A stretch of DNA of 64,000 bases from Octopus vulgaris (taxonomy: Eukaryota): the NCBI GenBank assembly GCA_951406725.2, contig OX597821.1, forward strand, positions 25,978,001 through 26,042,000, read 5' to 3'. Position 1 is the first letter of the stretch, and each line of letters starts with the position of its first letter. Under the pieces are notes generated by a model, which saw nothing but the letters and a program-made list of their open reading frames with translations, ran no database searches and was not told the origin of the DNA. This document shows, in pieces, positions 37,400 to 49,660 of the stretch. The position numbers and the translations under genes were made by a program.

Positions 37400-37642
37400 G
37401 ATGGAAGCACTCCGTCGGTTACGACGATGAGGGTTCCGGTTGATCCGAATCAACGGAACAGCCTGCTCGTGAAATTAACGTGTAAGTGGCTGAGCACTCC
37501 ACAGACACGTGCACCCTTAACGTAGTTCTCGGGGATATTCAGCGTGACACAGAGAGTGACAAGGCCGGCCCTTTGAAATACAGGTACAACAGAAACAGGA
37601 AGTAAGAGTGAGAGAAAGTTGTGGTGAAAGAGTACAAAGGGG
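37400..37642 (-). mobile_element. SINE fragment with the shared core and a third tail type
   Basis: Contains the reverse complement of CTCTTTCACCACAACTTTCTCTCACTCTT. Confidence 0.7.
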
Positions 37643-37685
37643 ACTGAATATGCATAAATCTGATGCCATCCTTCGTTACACAGGT

Positions 37686-38720
37686 GTCATGATGGAAGAG
37701 AGGAAAGGTGATGAGAAAGAAAAGGTGGGTGATAATGGTAATGGATAACAGTAGAGCCCTATACAGGGATGTTGTCAGTAATCTGAGGGTTGACAACGAG
37801 TATAGTGAAGAATTCCAAGTAGAGGGGTTCACCAAGGATCAGTCCGTAGCTCCCCCTTATTCATTATAGTCCTCTAGGCAATAACAGAGGAATTCAACAC
37901 AGGCTGCCCCTGGAAGCTCCTCCATGCTGATGACCTTGCTCTAATAGCCGAGTCACTACTAGAATTAGAGACAAAATTTAGGGTGTAGAAGCAAGGTCTA
38001 GAATCGAAGGGCCTTAGGGCTAACCTAGCAAAACCCAAAGTCTTAGTAAGTAGGAAGGCAGTCAAATCACAACCCCCTTCAGCTAGATGGCCCTGCTCGA
38101 TCTGTACAAAAGACATGGGTAGAGACTCCATATGATATACACCCCGACTGGCAAGTAAAATGAGCCATCAGAACGTGGTCGATGTCACTTTAGACTGACT
38201 GGGTCCCATGCTGGTGGCACATAAAAAGCACCATCCAAACGTGGTCCATGCCAGTACCCCATGACTGGCTCCTGTACCAGTGGCACGTAAAAAGCACCAT
38301 CCGAATGTGGCTGATGCCAGTACCCACTGATTGGCTCCCGTGCTGGTGGCACGTAAAAAGCACTATCAGAACATGATCAATGCCAGGACTACTTGACTGG
38401 TCCCCGTGCCAGTGGCACGTAAAAAGCACCATCCGAACGTGACTGATGCCAGTACACCCAGACTAGCCCCTGTGCCAGGGGAACATAAAAAGCACTATCG
38501 AACATGGACGACGCCAGGCCTGCCTAACTGGCTCCCGTACCAGTAGCACGTAAAAAGTACCCTCTACACTCTTGGAGTGGTTGGCATTAGGAAGGGCATC
38601 CAACTGTAGAAACATTGCCAGATCAGATTGGAGCCTGGTGCACCCGCTGGCTCTCCAGACCTCAGTTAAACCGTCCAACCCATGCCAGCATGAAAAACGG
38701 ACGTTAAACGATGATGATGT
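37686..38720 (+). mobile_element. Internally deleted PHD-RTE copy
   Basis: HADDLALIAES...NLAKPKVLVSRK...WPCSIC joined to 3' UTR repeats and (GAT)n. Bracketed by CATCCTTYGTTACACAGGT at 37667-37685 and 38726-38744. Confidence 0.85.
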
Positions 38721-39099
38721 AGTATCATCCTTTGTTACACAGGTAGCATGGGTGTGGCAGGTAAGAGAGCAAAGAACAGTAGTGCTGGAGGGATATCTAG
38801 CAAATAGGGAGAGAGCAAATGTTAAATGCCTCAACCTCCGTCTTCTCCAACATCGTATGTCATCAATTTTCATGCTGTCTACTTTGTGGGTTTCAGCTTC
38901 TTGAGGTCAGTTTTTATCACTTCGTTCAAAGTCTTTATTGTGAGTCATCACTTGTCAGAGTGAGTGATGGCTTGCAATAAGAAGATGGATCTCAACTTCT
39001 TGAGTTCCTCGGTCTTACTGTACAATAAATTCCATAAACTCCATAAAAATCTCTTGCCCATATCAGTGCAGTCTTTCCCTTCAACTTACTTGTACTCCG

Positions 39100-40060
39100 T
39101 TGTTGACAGATCCATCATGATTTTACACATCCAACGGAGCATGCCCCTTCATTTCTTTTAAACCTACCAAATCCTCTGCATTCATAGCATATGTCTTGCT
39201 ACCAGCCATGCAGTATCGCACTTCATACACAAGCATCGTAGGATCTTTTCGGTTTGAACGGCAGTTTTTAAAATAATTTCCACGTAACTAAACACTTTTA
39301 AACTTCGTATACTGGTAGAATGTGTTTATAAAACATCTTTTTTTCTTGGCTTTATTGAGAAAATTCTATAGTTTGTAAGATATTTGTTGTTGTTTTTTTC
39401 TTCAATTTCTGCAATTTCAACCAATCACTGACGTCTATTGAGGTAAAAAACATTCTGTACCGTATGAATATGTCTCTCGTTTAAGAAACAGATTGGGTTT
39501 ATTTACATTTCTGAAGAAAAAAAGATACCCTTCCCCCCACCCCTAACTCTAACCCTAACCCTAAAATAGATTGAAATGCAATAGATCGATACTAGGGTCA
39601 TAATTATGGGTGACAATTTCATATGACACCGCTAGAAAAAACTGCCGTTCAAACCGAAAAGATCCGCATCGTATAATCTGCCTTTTATTCTGAGAGAGAA
39701 ACCCATTGTTACCAGCAGCAACTCAATGGGGGGTTTTTTCTACTCTGGTTACTATTTTCACACTTTTTCACTCTGGCTACTATGTGTTCTAATCCTGCTT
39801 ACTATGTTTTCAGTACCCCTCCACCTGATTTGGTCATTTAGAAACTATTAACTACTACTGAGTTTTCTCATCTTTGAAGGAATTATTTCTCATGTATTTA
39901 TTACGGTTAACTATTCCTGTACATCTACCCTTTTCAACATCCGTATTCTCTGTCAGTATGCCTGTAACCCCACCTCATCTATTGTGTGTCCACAGTTTAC
40001 GCTGGGTATATTGTTTCGAATTTCTGCCTCCTTCTCTTTGCGTATGGAGCACAGTCATTT
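39100..40060 (-). mobile_element. Old RTE remnant interrupted by a MITE
   Basis: LRIKGRL|YDACV..AILHG and MLRWMC on the - strand, continuous across the MITE. Confidence 0.65.
39241..39665. mobile_element. GGATC-ended MITE, 8-bp TSD GCATCGTA
   Basis: TIRs and perfect TSD. Opposite orientation to 35405-35838. Confidence 0.93.
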
Positions 40061-40494
40061 CTCATATGGTGTATTGAAAACTTGACTATGATCTAGTTAT
40101 AACGTTTTTTTTGTTTGTTTTCATATTTTCACGAGTCTTGCATTTCGTTTAGAAAGTTCCTAAGTCCAGTATCATAGATAGATAGGAAGATAGATATACT
40201 GTTTTATATGTTTTAGGAAAATACTCTCAAAATATGAAATAATATTCATTGTCATAAAAATAGCACATTATAACGGTAATTCTGGTCAATTGTCCAGGAA
40301 TGGTTCATATATCAGCCAGTATGGACAGCATGTCAGTAGACCTAATTGTCCTGGAATCTTGGGGCCGTGCTAATTAACATGGAAATTGAGACTGGGGGCA
40401 GGGATTTAATGAAATTCGACGAGAAGGTTGAAGGTGTGATGGAGACTACACATGCATTAATCAGTTCAGCTAATTCTGGTTGTTAGCTGGATTC

Positions 40495-40833
40495 CGGGAC
40501 CCCCTTCGGTCACGACACTGACCATGGGATTGCACCTAGAAAGTTACTTTCCTAGTCACAAGTCTGGGCATGGTTGTTTATGGAAGACCAGCAGTCGCCC
40601 ATGCATGCCGGCCTCCCCTCTCCACGCCACCAGTGTTATCCAAGGGAAAGGCAAAGGCCGATACAGCTTGGCACTCGTGACGTCGCAACTCATTTCTACA
40701 GCTGAGTGAACTGGAGCAACGTGAAATAAAGTGTCTTTCTCAAGAACACAACACGCAGCCCGGTCCGGGATTCGAGCTCACAACCTCACGATCGTTAGCT
40801 CGACGCTCTAACCACTGAGCCATGCGCCTTCAC
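40495..40833 (-). mobile_element. tRNA-headed SINE, separate family
   Basis: TGGCTCAGTGGTTAGAGC A box and GCTCGAATCC B box, then a GTTCTTGAG..ACACTTTATTTCAC..CACTCAGCTGTAGAAATGAGT core. Confidence 0.85.
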
Positions 40834-42101
40834 CGGATTATATCAAAACTAAAAGGACTTTCGGATTACCTTTTATATAGAGAAGGGCTTCATTAACTGT
40901 TCTAGTCCGCTGTACTATTTTCTAGCAAATAAGGATTATTACTAGCAAATATTTCATTTCTGTTGTTGTTAGTTACAGCTGTAGTGGTGGCAGTTGTGGT
41001 ACAGTAAGCTGAATTCAGGACTTGGTTTCGATTCCCAGGTGGAATAATTTTGTTTTTGACATATGTTACAATTGTCCATAATTTTCTTGTGCTATAAATG
41101 TCAGGTTTCTGTCAAATACTTTCATATAACGGGAATAACTGTGTCGTTAAGAAGCTTACTTCCCATCTATATGGTCCTGGGTTCGGTCCCACTCTGCAGC
41201 ACCTTGGGCAAATATAGTCTCGTGAGTGAATTTGGTAGACGGAAACTGAAAGACGTCCATAGTATATGTGTATGTGTGTCCTTGTAATTGTATCCCAACC
41301 ACCGTTTGACGACTGGTGTTGGTTTGTTTACATACCCGTAACTTAGAGGTTCAGTGGAAGAGACCAATAGAATAAGGACCAGGCTTAAAAAAGTACCAGG
41401 GGGCAATTTGTTCGACTAAACCCTTCAGGGTGTTACCCCAGCATGGCCGCAGTCCACTGACTGAAACAAGTAAAAGATAAAAGACAACTTAATTGTATTT
41501 GTTATATGGCCGGACTGAAGACCAAAAACTGACCCGCTGACCTTATTTGTAAAGAGTTTTAAAGGGCCTCACCCCAAGCAACAACACTGAATAAAACTGT
41601 TTATTTCTGTCTATGTTGGCAGTGATAGTAATAATAATGGTGGTGGTAGTGGTGGTGGTGGTGGTGGTGGAGGGACACGCCATTGATCTATCTTTTGTAT
41701 ATAATAAACTGGCAGTATAAGTATTGATTGGTTTTAGTAGTTATATTGACAAAGTTGTGTGAGGGGCCAAGCTAGAAGAGTACGAATGTCCGACAGCCAG
41801 CACACAGAGAAAGTGAAAGTGAAAGAGAGAGAGGGGGGGGGAGCTGATCTTGTACATCCATATCAAGCATTTCGGAATAACAGAATATATAAATAAATAA
41901 ATAAGATTCTTGCAGAGAAACAAAATCAATAACTTAACAAAACACAAATAGCGTGAAGTAAACAGCTCAGCCAGAAAAGCACGTTTTAATTCCAATAAAC
42001 TTTAGACTATAATTTTCAGATTCTTTGAATTGTCTCTCCCTCCGTCACCACAAGACACACACACACACACACACACTCTTTGTTACACTCCACCATAACA
42101 G

Positions 42102-42138
<37 letters not shown>

Positions 42139-42508
42139 ATAACATACACTCTGACACCCTTCATTGCGCGTGCGCGTAACACACGCACGCATGCGCGCGC
42201 ACATACACATACACACACACACACATCCCACACACCCGTACATATCCCGTGATCGACACACACACACACACACACAATATAAAGCTTTAGAATTGGTCGA
42301 TCCGAAACGATTATTAAATCAGAAAGAAAATAAAAGATGAGGCGATCGCGCGACATAGATTTATGTAGAAAGTGTTAGTTTATTTAATCCCTATAGATTG
42401 ACTTTGATCTCGATGATGACTGAAGTAAAAGGCCGTAGGATGGGGAGAGGGTTAACTATCGATTTTACTGATTTACTCATGTAGAAAACTTAGAGACGTT
42501 TTATAGTA

Positions 42509-42554
<46 letters not shown>

Positions 42555-42593
42555 CGCCTCTTTCTCTCTTTCACTCTCCTCGCTCAAGACTTG

Positions 42594-42607
42594 GTTTCCA
42601 TGGCAGC
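42594..42607. promoter_or_regulatory. Candidate RFX X-box GTTTCCATGGCAGC
   Basis: One mismatch from GTTTCCATGGCAAC, in CpG-retaining unique DNA. Confidence 0.35.
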
Positions 42608-42943
42608 AAGAAATCTTTACTCACAGACAACAAATCAACATAAAAACATTTTTGGTCTGTTTCCCGATGCTATGACGTATTGAACCTGGAACAATTAGTT
42701 TGAAATAATATTTCTCGGGTATACTTAGATCTCTTAGACACAGCTACACTAAAACATAATTTTCAAAAATATAAATTATATTAGTCATTCATAACAAAAG
42801 GAAAAAAAAAAGTGAAATTTTTTTTTCTTATTTTATAAATTTTCTAACTCGACCCATGCAGGTAGGTGTGCTGTCAGAACTCTTAGAGCGTCAGGGGAAA
42901 AAAGGTCTTGCGGCATTTGTCCGGCTCTTTACTTTCTGAGTTC

Positions 42944-43345
42944 TCTCTTTTACTCTTTTACTTGTTTCAGTCATTTGACTGCGGCCATGCTGGAGCACCG
43001 CCCTTAATCGAGCAACTCAACCCCGGGACTTATTCTTTTGTAAGCCCAGTACTTATTCTATCGGTTTCTTTTGCCGAACCGCTAAGTTACTGGGACATAA
43101 ACACACCAGCATCGGTTGTCAAGCAGTGCTAGGGGAACAAACACAGACACACAAACACACACACGCATATATATACATATATATGACGGGCTTCTTTCAG
43201 TTTCCGTCTACCAAATCCACTCACAAGGCTTTGGTCGGCCCGAGGCTTTAGTAGAAGACACTTGCCCAAGGTCCCACGCAGTTGGACTGAACCCGGAACC
43301 ATGTGGTTGGTAAACAAGCTACTCACCACACAGCAATTCCTGCGC
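42944..43345 (-). mobile_element. SINE family A
   Basis: Full-length copy. Confidence 0.9.
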
Positions 43346-43554
43346 CTGTCAAGTCCTGTCAAGATGAAATTTATCTTTCATCCTTTCGGGATTGAAAATA
43401 TAGAATACCAGTCAAAAACTGGAGTCGATGGTATTGACTAAACCCCTCATTCAATATTGTAGGCCTTGTACCGAAATTAGAAACAATTTATGTCCCAGCA
43501 GAGTTGGCAACGTAAGTTGCTGTTGTTCAACTCTGATCCGTGGTGGTCTCATTC

Positions 43555-43893
43555 TCGCTCACAATATCACAAGCGGAAAGTGTAACCTCTCGAAAGAGCT
43601 GTTCTTCACTCCTGCTCCAGAGCGTGGGCTGCGGGGTCACTCCGAAAAGCTCTATCTACGACGATTTCATCTCAATCGAAGGAGAGGGGATTTCTACGTC
43701 CGGGTTGCGGATCCGTGGAATAAGCTGCCGGACGAGATAGTGAAGATGCCGACGACCGCTCGGTTCAAAGTCTCTCTTGACCAGAAATGGCCTGAACTCT
43801 TTGTATGACCACCCTCCCTGTACATAATTCCCTGTCCCCCTACATGGATTTGCTTTTGCTTTTTGAGTCAATAAAAATTGAATTGAATTGAAA
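43555..43893 (+). mobile_element. CR1-group LINE 3' end
   Basis: LRGHSEKLY...RRRGDFYVRVADPWNKLPDEIVKM....FKVSLD*, then AATAAA and (AATTG)n tail. Confidence 0.85.
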
Positions 43894-43894
43894 T

Positions 43895-44100
43895 CTCTTG
43901 GACCAGAAACTTCTAATCAGATCGTACTATCGCGGTTTGTGCTGACAGATTCTGTCAAACTTTGGTGTACCTCAGGGTTCAGTTCTGTTCCCACACTTCC
44001 TTCTATACTTATGTAACATACTTACCTCCACGTCCAACAACGTCCACTCACTTTTATGCAGATGATATCATTCTCCATTCTTCTCTATCTTTCCCTGTTT
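43895..44100 (+). mobile_element. Old LINE RT fragment
   Basis: GVPQGSVL and YADD motifs. Confidence 0.7.
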
Positions 44101-44267
44101 AAACATCATCCACATCCAACCAAGGCATTTCGTATCCAACCTGCACTGATGCTAGAAAGAGAGACCTCGAAATAGCCTCTAACGGTGTCTTGCCAATCTC
44201 GTCTCTTTTATCAGTACCCCACCCATTGCAAAAAACAAAACAAAACAAAACAAAAACACTGCTCATA

Positions 44268-44690
44268 TTAGTATCAAATTTTGGTACAAGGCCAGCATTT
44301 TCGAGGGGAGGGGCTAAGTCGATTACTTCAGTGTCCAACTGGTACTTATATTATCAATCCCGAAAAGATGAAAAGCAAAGTCGACCTGGCGGAATTTGAA
44401 CCCAGAACATAAAGACGGACGAAATGCTGCTAAGTGTCGGGTGTGTTGACGATTCTTATTTCTTTATTGCCCACAAGGGGCTAAACACACAGGGGACAAA
44501 CAAGGGCAGACAAACGGATTAAGTCGATTACATCGAGGCCAGTGCGTAACTAGTACTTAATTTATCGACCCCGAAAGGATGAAAGGCAAAGTCGACCTCG
44601 GCGGAATTTGAACTCAGGACGTAGCGGCAGACGAAATACCGCTAAGCATTTCAACTGGCGTGTTGACCATTCTGCCAGCTCACTGCCTTA
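44268..44690 (-). mobile_element. SINE family B (dimeric)
   Basis: Two cores. Confidence 0.85.
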
Positions 44691-46289
44691 GACATGGCTC
44701 ATATTAAGAAAACATCATCGACCTATCTATTCCCTAATGGTGAACAGAACACAATTAGGGACTCCATAATCACTCCAAATGCTGTTTCTCGTTATCACAG
44801 AAGAATTTTCATGGTGAACACACATCCTTAACATAACTATAACCATATCTCAAAAATTAGACCTTCTTTTCAGGGCCAGAAAATTTTAAAGCTCCCAATA
44901 ATTACTTCCCTCTACCCCAGAAATCTCAGTTGACACCCACAACCGAATACAACTTCTACATCCAAGGAAGTGCTACTTCTGCACAGACAGACGTCCTAGA
45001 CTGCATCCAGAGATATGCCACTTGACTGTTCAAGTATAAAGTCACTCACAGACAAACCAAAGCATCAGAGCCACAGACTTGCTGTCACATCTCTTTGCCT
45101 TTTCATTGCATCGCAATGGCCTCTGCTCTTTACAGCTGCCTGGTCTCATATCACCCCTATCCAAGCACTTTTGACACAACCTCTCATCCCGTTGACTCCG
45201 CCCACTGTGTTTCCACTCCACCTCAGGTTCCACATTAACCACTGTGCCCAGCCCTTCCTTCCTTTGCAGGTCGGTCTTCTGGAATTCTTTCTTTGCTTCT
45301 GTCTTTCTGGTAATCATGGACTTGCAACAGTTTAAGAAATGTTAACTCGATGAGTCTCGCTGGTCTCGCAGGGAACTATGAAAACCAAAGGCACTGCTCC
45401 TACTTCTAGACTTAGTAATTAATAAAAAAAAAAAAAATAGGGTCTCACATGTGCATAAAGAAGTAGTTTGGGGGTAGTTAAGTATCATTAGAATCCCTAA
45501 AAGAATCAGAAGTGGGGGTAATAAAAGAATACAAACATGCCAAATCGAACGAGAAATTTCTCGCCAATCAAGACTTAATTATTAGCAAGGAAAGATTAAC
45601 AGGAGAGAAAAAAAAAAAAACGTATTTAATAGATTGTTCATATTTTTTTGCCAAAAACACATGCAGCATTTACTAGAATCTTATAAAGCCATAAATATGA
45701 ATCATAATTAATTGCTTCACGGATAGATATGAACCGCAATAGAAACTATTTCGCCCAGTGGTTTCTAATCTTTTCTATACCCCACATCCTCCGGAAATGT
45801 TTGATTGATTTTCGCACCCCTAAAAAAGTAATATTAGATTTGAAGAAGAAAAATCCTTTGAAGATGAAAAAGCTAATTTTCTAATAACGAATTTATTTAT
45901 TTTTTTAAAATTGGACCACATGCAGTACTGTGGGGGAAGGGGAACAAATTAAACTATAAAAAAAAAATTGACTGAGTGCATAAAATACAAATATAAATTG
46001 AACAAGTAAAACAAAACGAAATAGAAAAAAAAAACTGTAAACAGTGAAATCATGGAATCAGAATTGCGAAGATGAAATGAATGACTTCGTTGTTCCTGCT
46101 TTTCATTCATGAATTTATCAAATCGTGGTGTTTTCTTCTTAATCGTGATCCACAGGTTTTCCTGTGGATATAGGTAATTCAGTAGATTTTGTCTGGATTG
46201 AGAAAAGAAAACGGAATCCAGATTCATACAAGTATATCGTTGCAGATGACAAGAGGACACTCCTTAGTCATAATCGCTTGAGAATAAAA

Positions 46290-46512
46290 TCTATATATGT
46301 CTTGCGATTCTTCCTTGTTGTATTCTAACTACATGTCCGTAATATTGGAGTTGTGACCTCACAATGCGGAGAAGTAGCGGCTTGACCTGGAGACACTCCC
46401 CTGATCTCCGAGCTATGCTTTCTGTTGAGAAACGTTACTTCAGAGATCCTTCGGAGGAAACCCATTTCGGCCGTTTGTATTTGTGATCTTACTGTTTTCG
46501 TTATTACTTAAC
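46290..46512 (-). mobile_element. RTE-type LINE C-terminal fragment
   Basis: VRSQIQTAEMGFLRRIS...QLQYYGHVVRI. Confidence 0.7.
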
Positions 46513-46514
46513 AT

Positions 46515-47118
46515 TCATTCATGTATAGGACGGATCCGGCTATCAGCTGAATCCATAGTGAGGATTGCCCCGCCGCCCTCCTTTAACACGGAGGGCAAGG
46601 CCGTTTTCCTGTGTCTAGTGGCTGTAGCGAAAGAGGTGGTATGGTGGACCCGTTTGAAAGGGCTAAGGTCAGACACTTTCCTCTTTGGCCAAGGCCTCAT
46701 CAACTTTTTCAAGTTTCACTTGAAAAGGAAGGTGAGAGTAGAGAGGGAAGTGCTGTCTCATAGCAAGTTTACTGAAAGGTGGGTGAATGTCGCAAGAATG
46801 GCCAGTATGAACGGACCAATTCTGAGGATACACCTATGATATAAAAAGGTAATATAAAAGGAGAAAGGGGGTCTTTACTCCACTTTTGACCAGGCTCCCG
46901 TGGCTTTTATGGGTTTTTCCACGAGTAACCTTCCCAAGCGCCTCCCCCTATTGGGAGTTCTATTTGTTACATATTTTCGTTGTTATACTAATTTTTACAC
47001 GGATTTTTTGCAAACGAACAAAACTCTTTGTAACTTTTCGTCCTGTTTTGTCCCTAAATGTTTCTAATTGGTTTTTGTCAGCTCTTGTGGCCAATAAAAC
47101 GAATTAGTTATTATTTAA
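46515..47118 (+). mobile_element. L1/Tx1-like LINE 3' end
   Basis: LVAVAKEVVWWTRLKG...FFKFHLKRKVRVER...FTERWV...*. The 3' UTR has AATAAA and (TTA)n and recurs at 61563-61870. Confidence 0.75.
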
Positions 47119-47420
47119 CATTCATGACCATAGGTGAGGATAGTTTGCGAAAGCAAAATTGAAGATAACGAGTTTAACTTTTTTGCCAACCTCTTATCTT
47201 CTGAGGATCGAATGCTGGTACAAGGCCAGCAACTTTGAATAGAGGATGCAAGTCAGTCACATCAATCCTCATTATTCGATTGATACTTTATTTTATGGAC
47301 CACGGTAGGATGAAAGGCAAACTTGACTTCAGCAGTATTTGAACTCAGAACGGAGAGATTCGAAAGGAATACCGCTGAGCATTTTGCCCGAAATGCGAAC
47401 GATTTTGCCAGCTTGCCTCC

Positions 47421-47835
47421 TTACTCTTACTCTTTACTCTCTTTTACTTGTTTCAGTCATTTGACTGCGGCCATGCTGGAGCACCGCCTTTAATCGAGCA
47501 ATTCGACCCTGGGACTTATTCTTTTGTAAGCCCAATACTTATTCTATCGGTCTCTTTTTGCCGAACCGCTAAGTGACGGGGACATAAACACATCAGCATC
47601 GGTTGTCAAGCAATGCTAGGGGGACAAACACAAACATACACGCACACATATATAAACATATATATACATATATACGACGGGCTTCTTTCAGTTTCCGTCT
47701 ACCAAATCCACTCACAAGGCTTTGGTCGGCCCGAGGCTATAGCGGAAGACACTTGCCCAAGGTGCCACGCAGTGGGACTGAACCCGGAACCATGTGGTTG
47801 GTAAACAAGCTACTTACCACACAGCCACTCCTGCA
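47421..47835 (-). mobile_element. SINE family A
   Basis: Full-length, CpGs intact. Confidence 0.92.
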
Positions 47836-48656
47836 CTTTAATTCATTAATTAATGATGGTTTCAAATTTTGGCACAAGACCACTAATTCTGGGCATAGGA
47901 CAAGTCGGTTACATCGACCCCAGTACTCGACCAGTACTTAAGGCAAAGTCGACCTCGGCAGAATTTGAATTCAGAATGTAAAGACGGACGAAATACCACT
48001 AAGCATTTAGCCCGGCGTGCTAACGATTTTACCAGCTTGCCTCCTTAATTCATTAATTAATAATAACCCCTATGATGTGACTTTTCTTAAGTTTAATTCA
48101 TTTTCATAAAACCCCAACTGAAAAGAAATTTCCTAATTTCTCGTCCGATTTTAGCACCTTTGATTAATTTTTCCCCCCAGATTCTTCTCAGGACCCTTAT
48201 AGTGCATGAGAGTACTTAAATTTGGTGGCGTAATAATTACGATGACAATTGTGGTGGTGGTAGCTACGGTGTTGGTTGCTGGTGGTGCTGGTATTTAGCG
48301 GTTATGGTGATGGTGGTGGTAGCTGTGGTAGTCATGGTCACTGCAAGGCTCTTAAAATACCGCCCCCCCCCAATAATCCTATCAACTAAAGGCACAAGGC
48401 GTGAAATTTTTGCGGAAAGGACTAGTCGATTTCATTGATCGCAGTGTTTCACTGGTACTTAATTTATCGACCCCGAAAAGATGAAAGGCAAAGCCGACCC
48501 CGGCGGAATTTGAACTCAGAACGGAAGGACGGACGAAATGTCGCTACGCATTCTGCCCGGCGCGGTAACGATTCCGCGCGCTCGCTACCCTGAACCCTGC
48601 TAATAATAAAAGTTTAAATTTCAACATAATATTCTTTGCAATACTGTGTATGTGTA

Positions 48657-49038
48657 CGGCAATGAGCTGGTAGAATCGATAGCACATCGGTCAAAATGCT
48701 TGGCGGTATTTCGTCTGCCGTTACGTTCTGAGTTCAAATTCCGCCGAGGTCGACTTTGCCTTTCATCCTTTCGGGGTCGATTAAATAAGTACCAGTTACG
48801 CACTGAGGTCGATATAATCGACTTAATCCGTTTGTCTATCCTTGTTTGTCCCCTCTATGTTTAGTCCCTTGTGGGTAGTAAAGAAATAGGTATTTCGTCT
48901 GTTTCTACGTTCTGAGTTCAAATTCCGCCGAGGTCGATTTTGCCTTTCATTCTTTCGGGGTCGATAAATTAAGTGCCAGTTGCATACTAGGGTCAAACTA
49001 ATCGACTGGCACCCTCCCCCAAAATTCAGGCCTTGTGT
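48657..49038 (+). mobile_element. SINE family B (dimeric)
   Basis: Head plus two cores. Monomeric relatives at about 47215-47420, 47860-48046 and 48388-48590. Confidence 0.88.
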
Positions 49039-49299
49039 CTAGAGTAGAATAGAATACTGTATGTGTGTGTGTGTGCGCGCGCGTGTATGTAAAGCGAACT
49101 TCTTGGCCACATAACCATACCTGCAGCCTTTTAGCATTTTTTTAATGAAGTAGCATATAGGTAAATGCGATAGGGTTTCGATTTCTGGTTTGGTGTAATG
49201 CATGAACGTTAATTCAGTAAACTCTCCGTCTAATACTGCCATCCATTAAATTGGTGTTATTTACAATCAGTAAAAAGAATAAAAATAAGAATCCCCATT

Positions 49300-49660
49300 T
49301 GTCTGTTTACAAGTGAGTACCCGCCTCCCTTGCAAGTATATCCTGTTTACCGCCATCCGTCAATCAGAGTTTACCAAAAGAAGGATGTGAAACACTGCCA
49401 ACAGGACATGTCACCCATCCTATTTTTATGGAAAGCGACTGAAACCATAGAACATAAAAAAAATTCCTTCCTGAAACCCATTGTAGCAGCCCGTCTGAGA
49501 AAGGTATAGAGCGGCTGCAGCAGCGAATATCTCTGGCCGTTCTCTGCAGCAACGACGTCGCAGTCATTACGGCGGCGGTGCAGCCGAGGACACCGTTCAT
49601 TCATCTCCTTCCATCTTCTGGCGTTTTACACCGCCATCTTTTTTCTTTTTTTTCCCCCCT
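49300..49660 (-). promoter_or_regulatory. CpG-rich unique segment, candidate promoter or first exon of an unidentified minus-strand transcript
   Basis: AAGATGGCGG (YY1-type motif) at 49640-49631, a second ATGGCGG near 49355, high CpG, not repeated elsewhere in the window. Confidence 0.45.

Noticed and set aside
38200-38560. Regularly spaced repeats with variable spacers resembling a CRISPR array
   Set aside because: The spacers are mutually similar, the units are the RTE 3' UTR minisatellite, the context is eukaryotic, and there are no cas genes.
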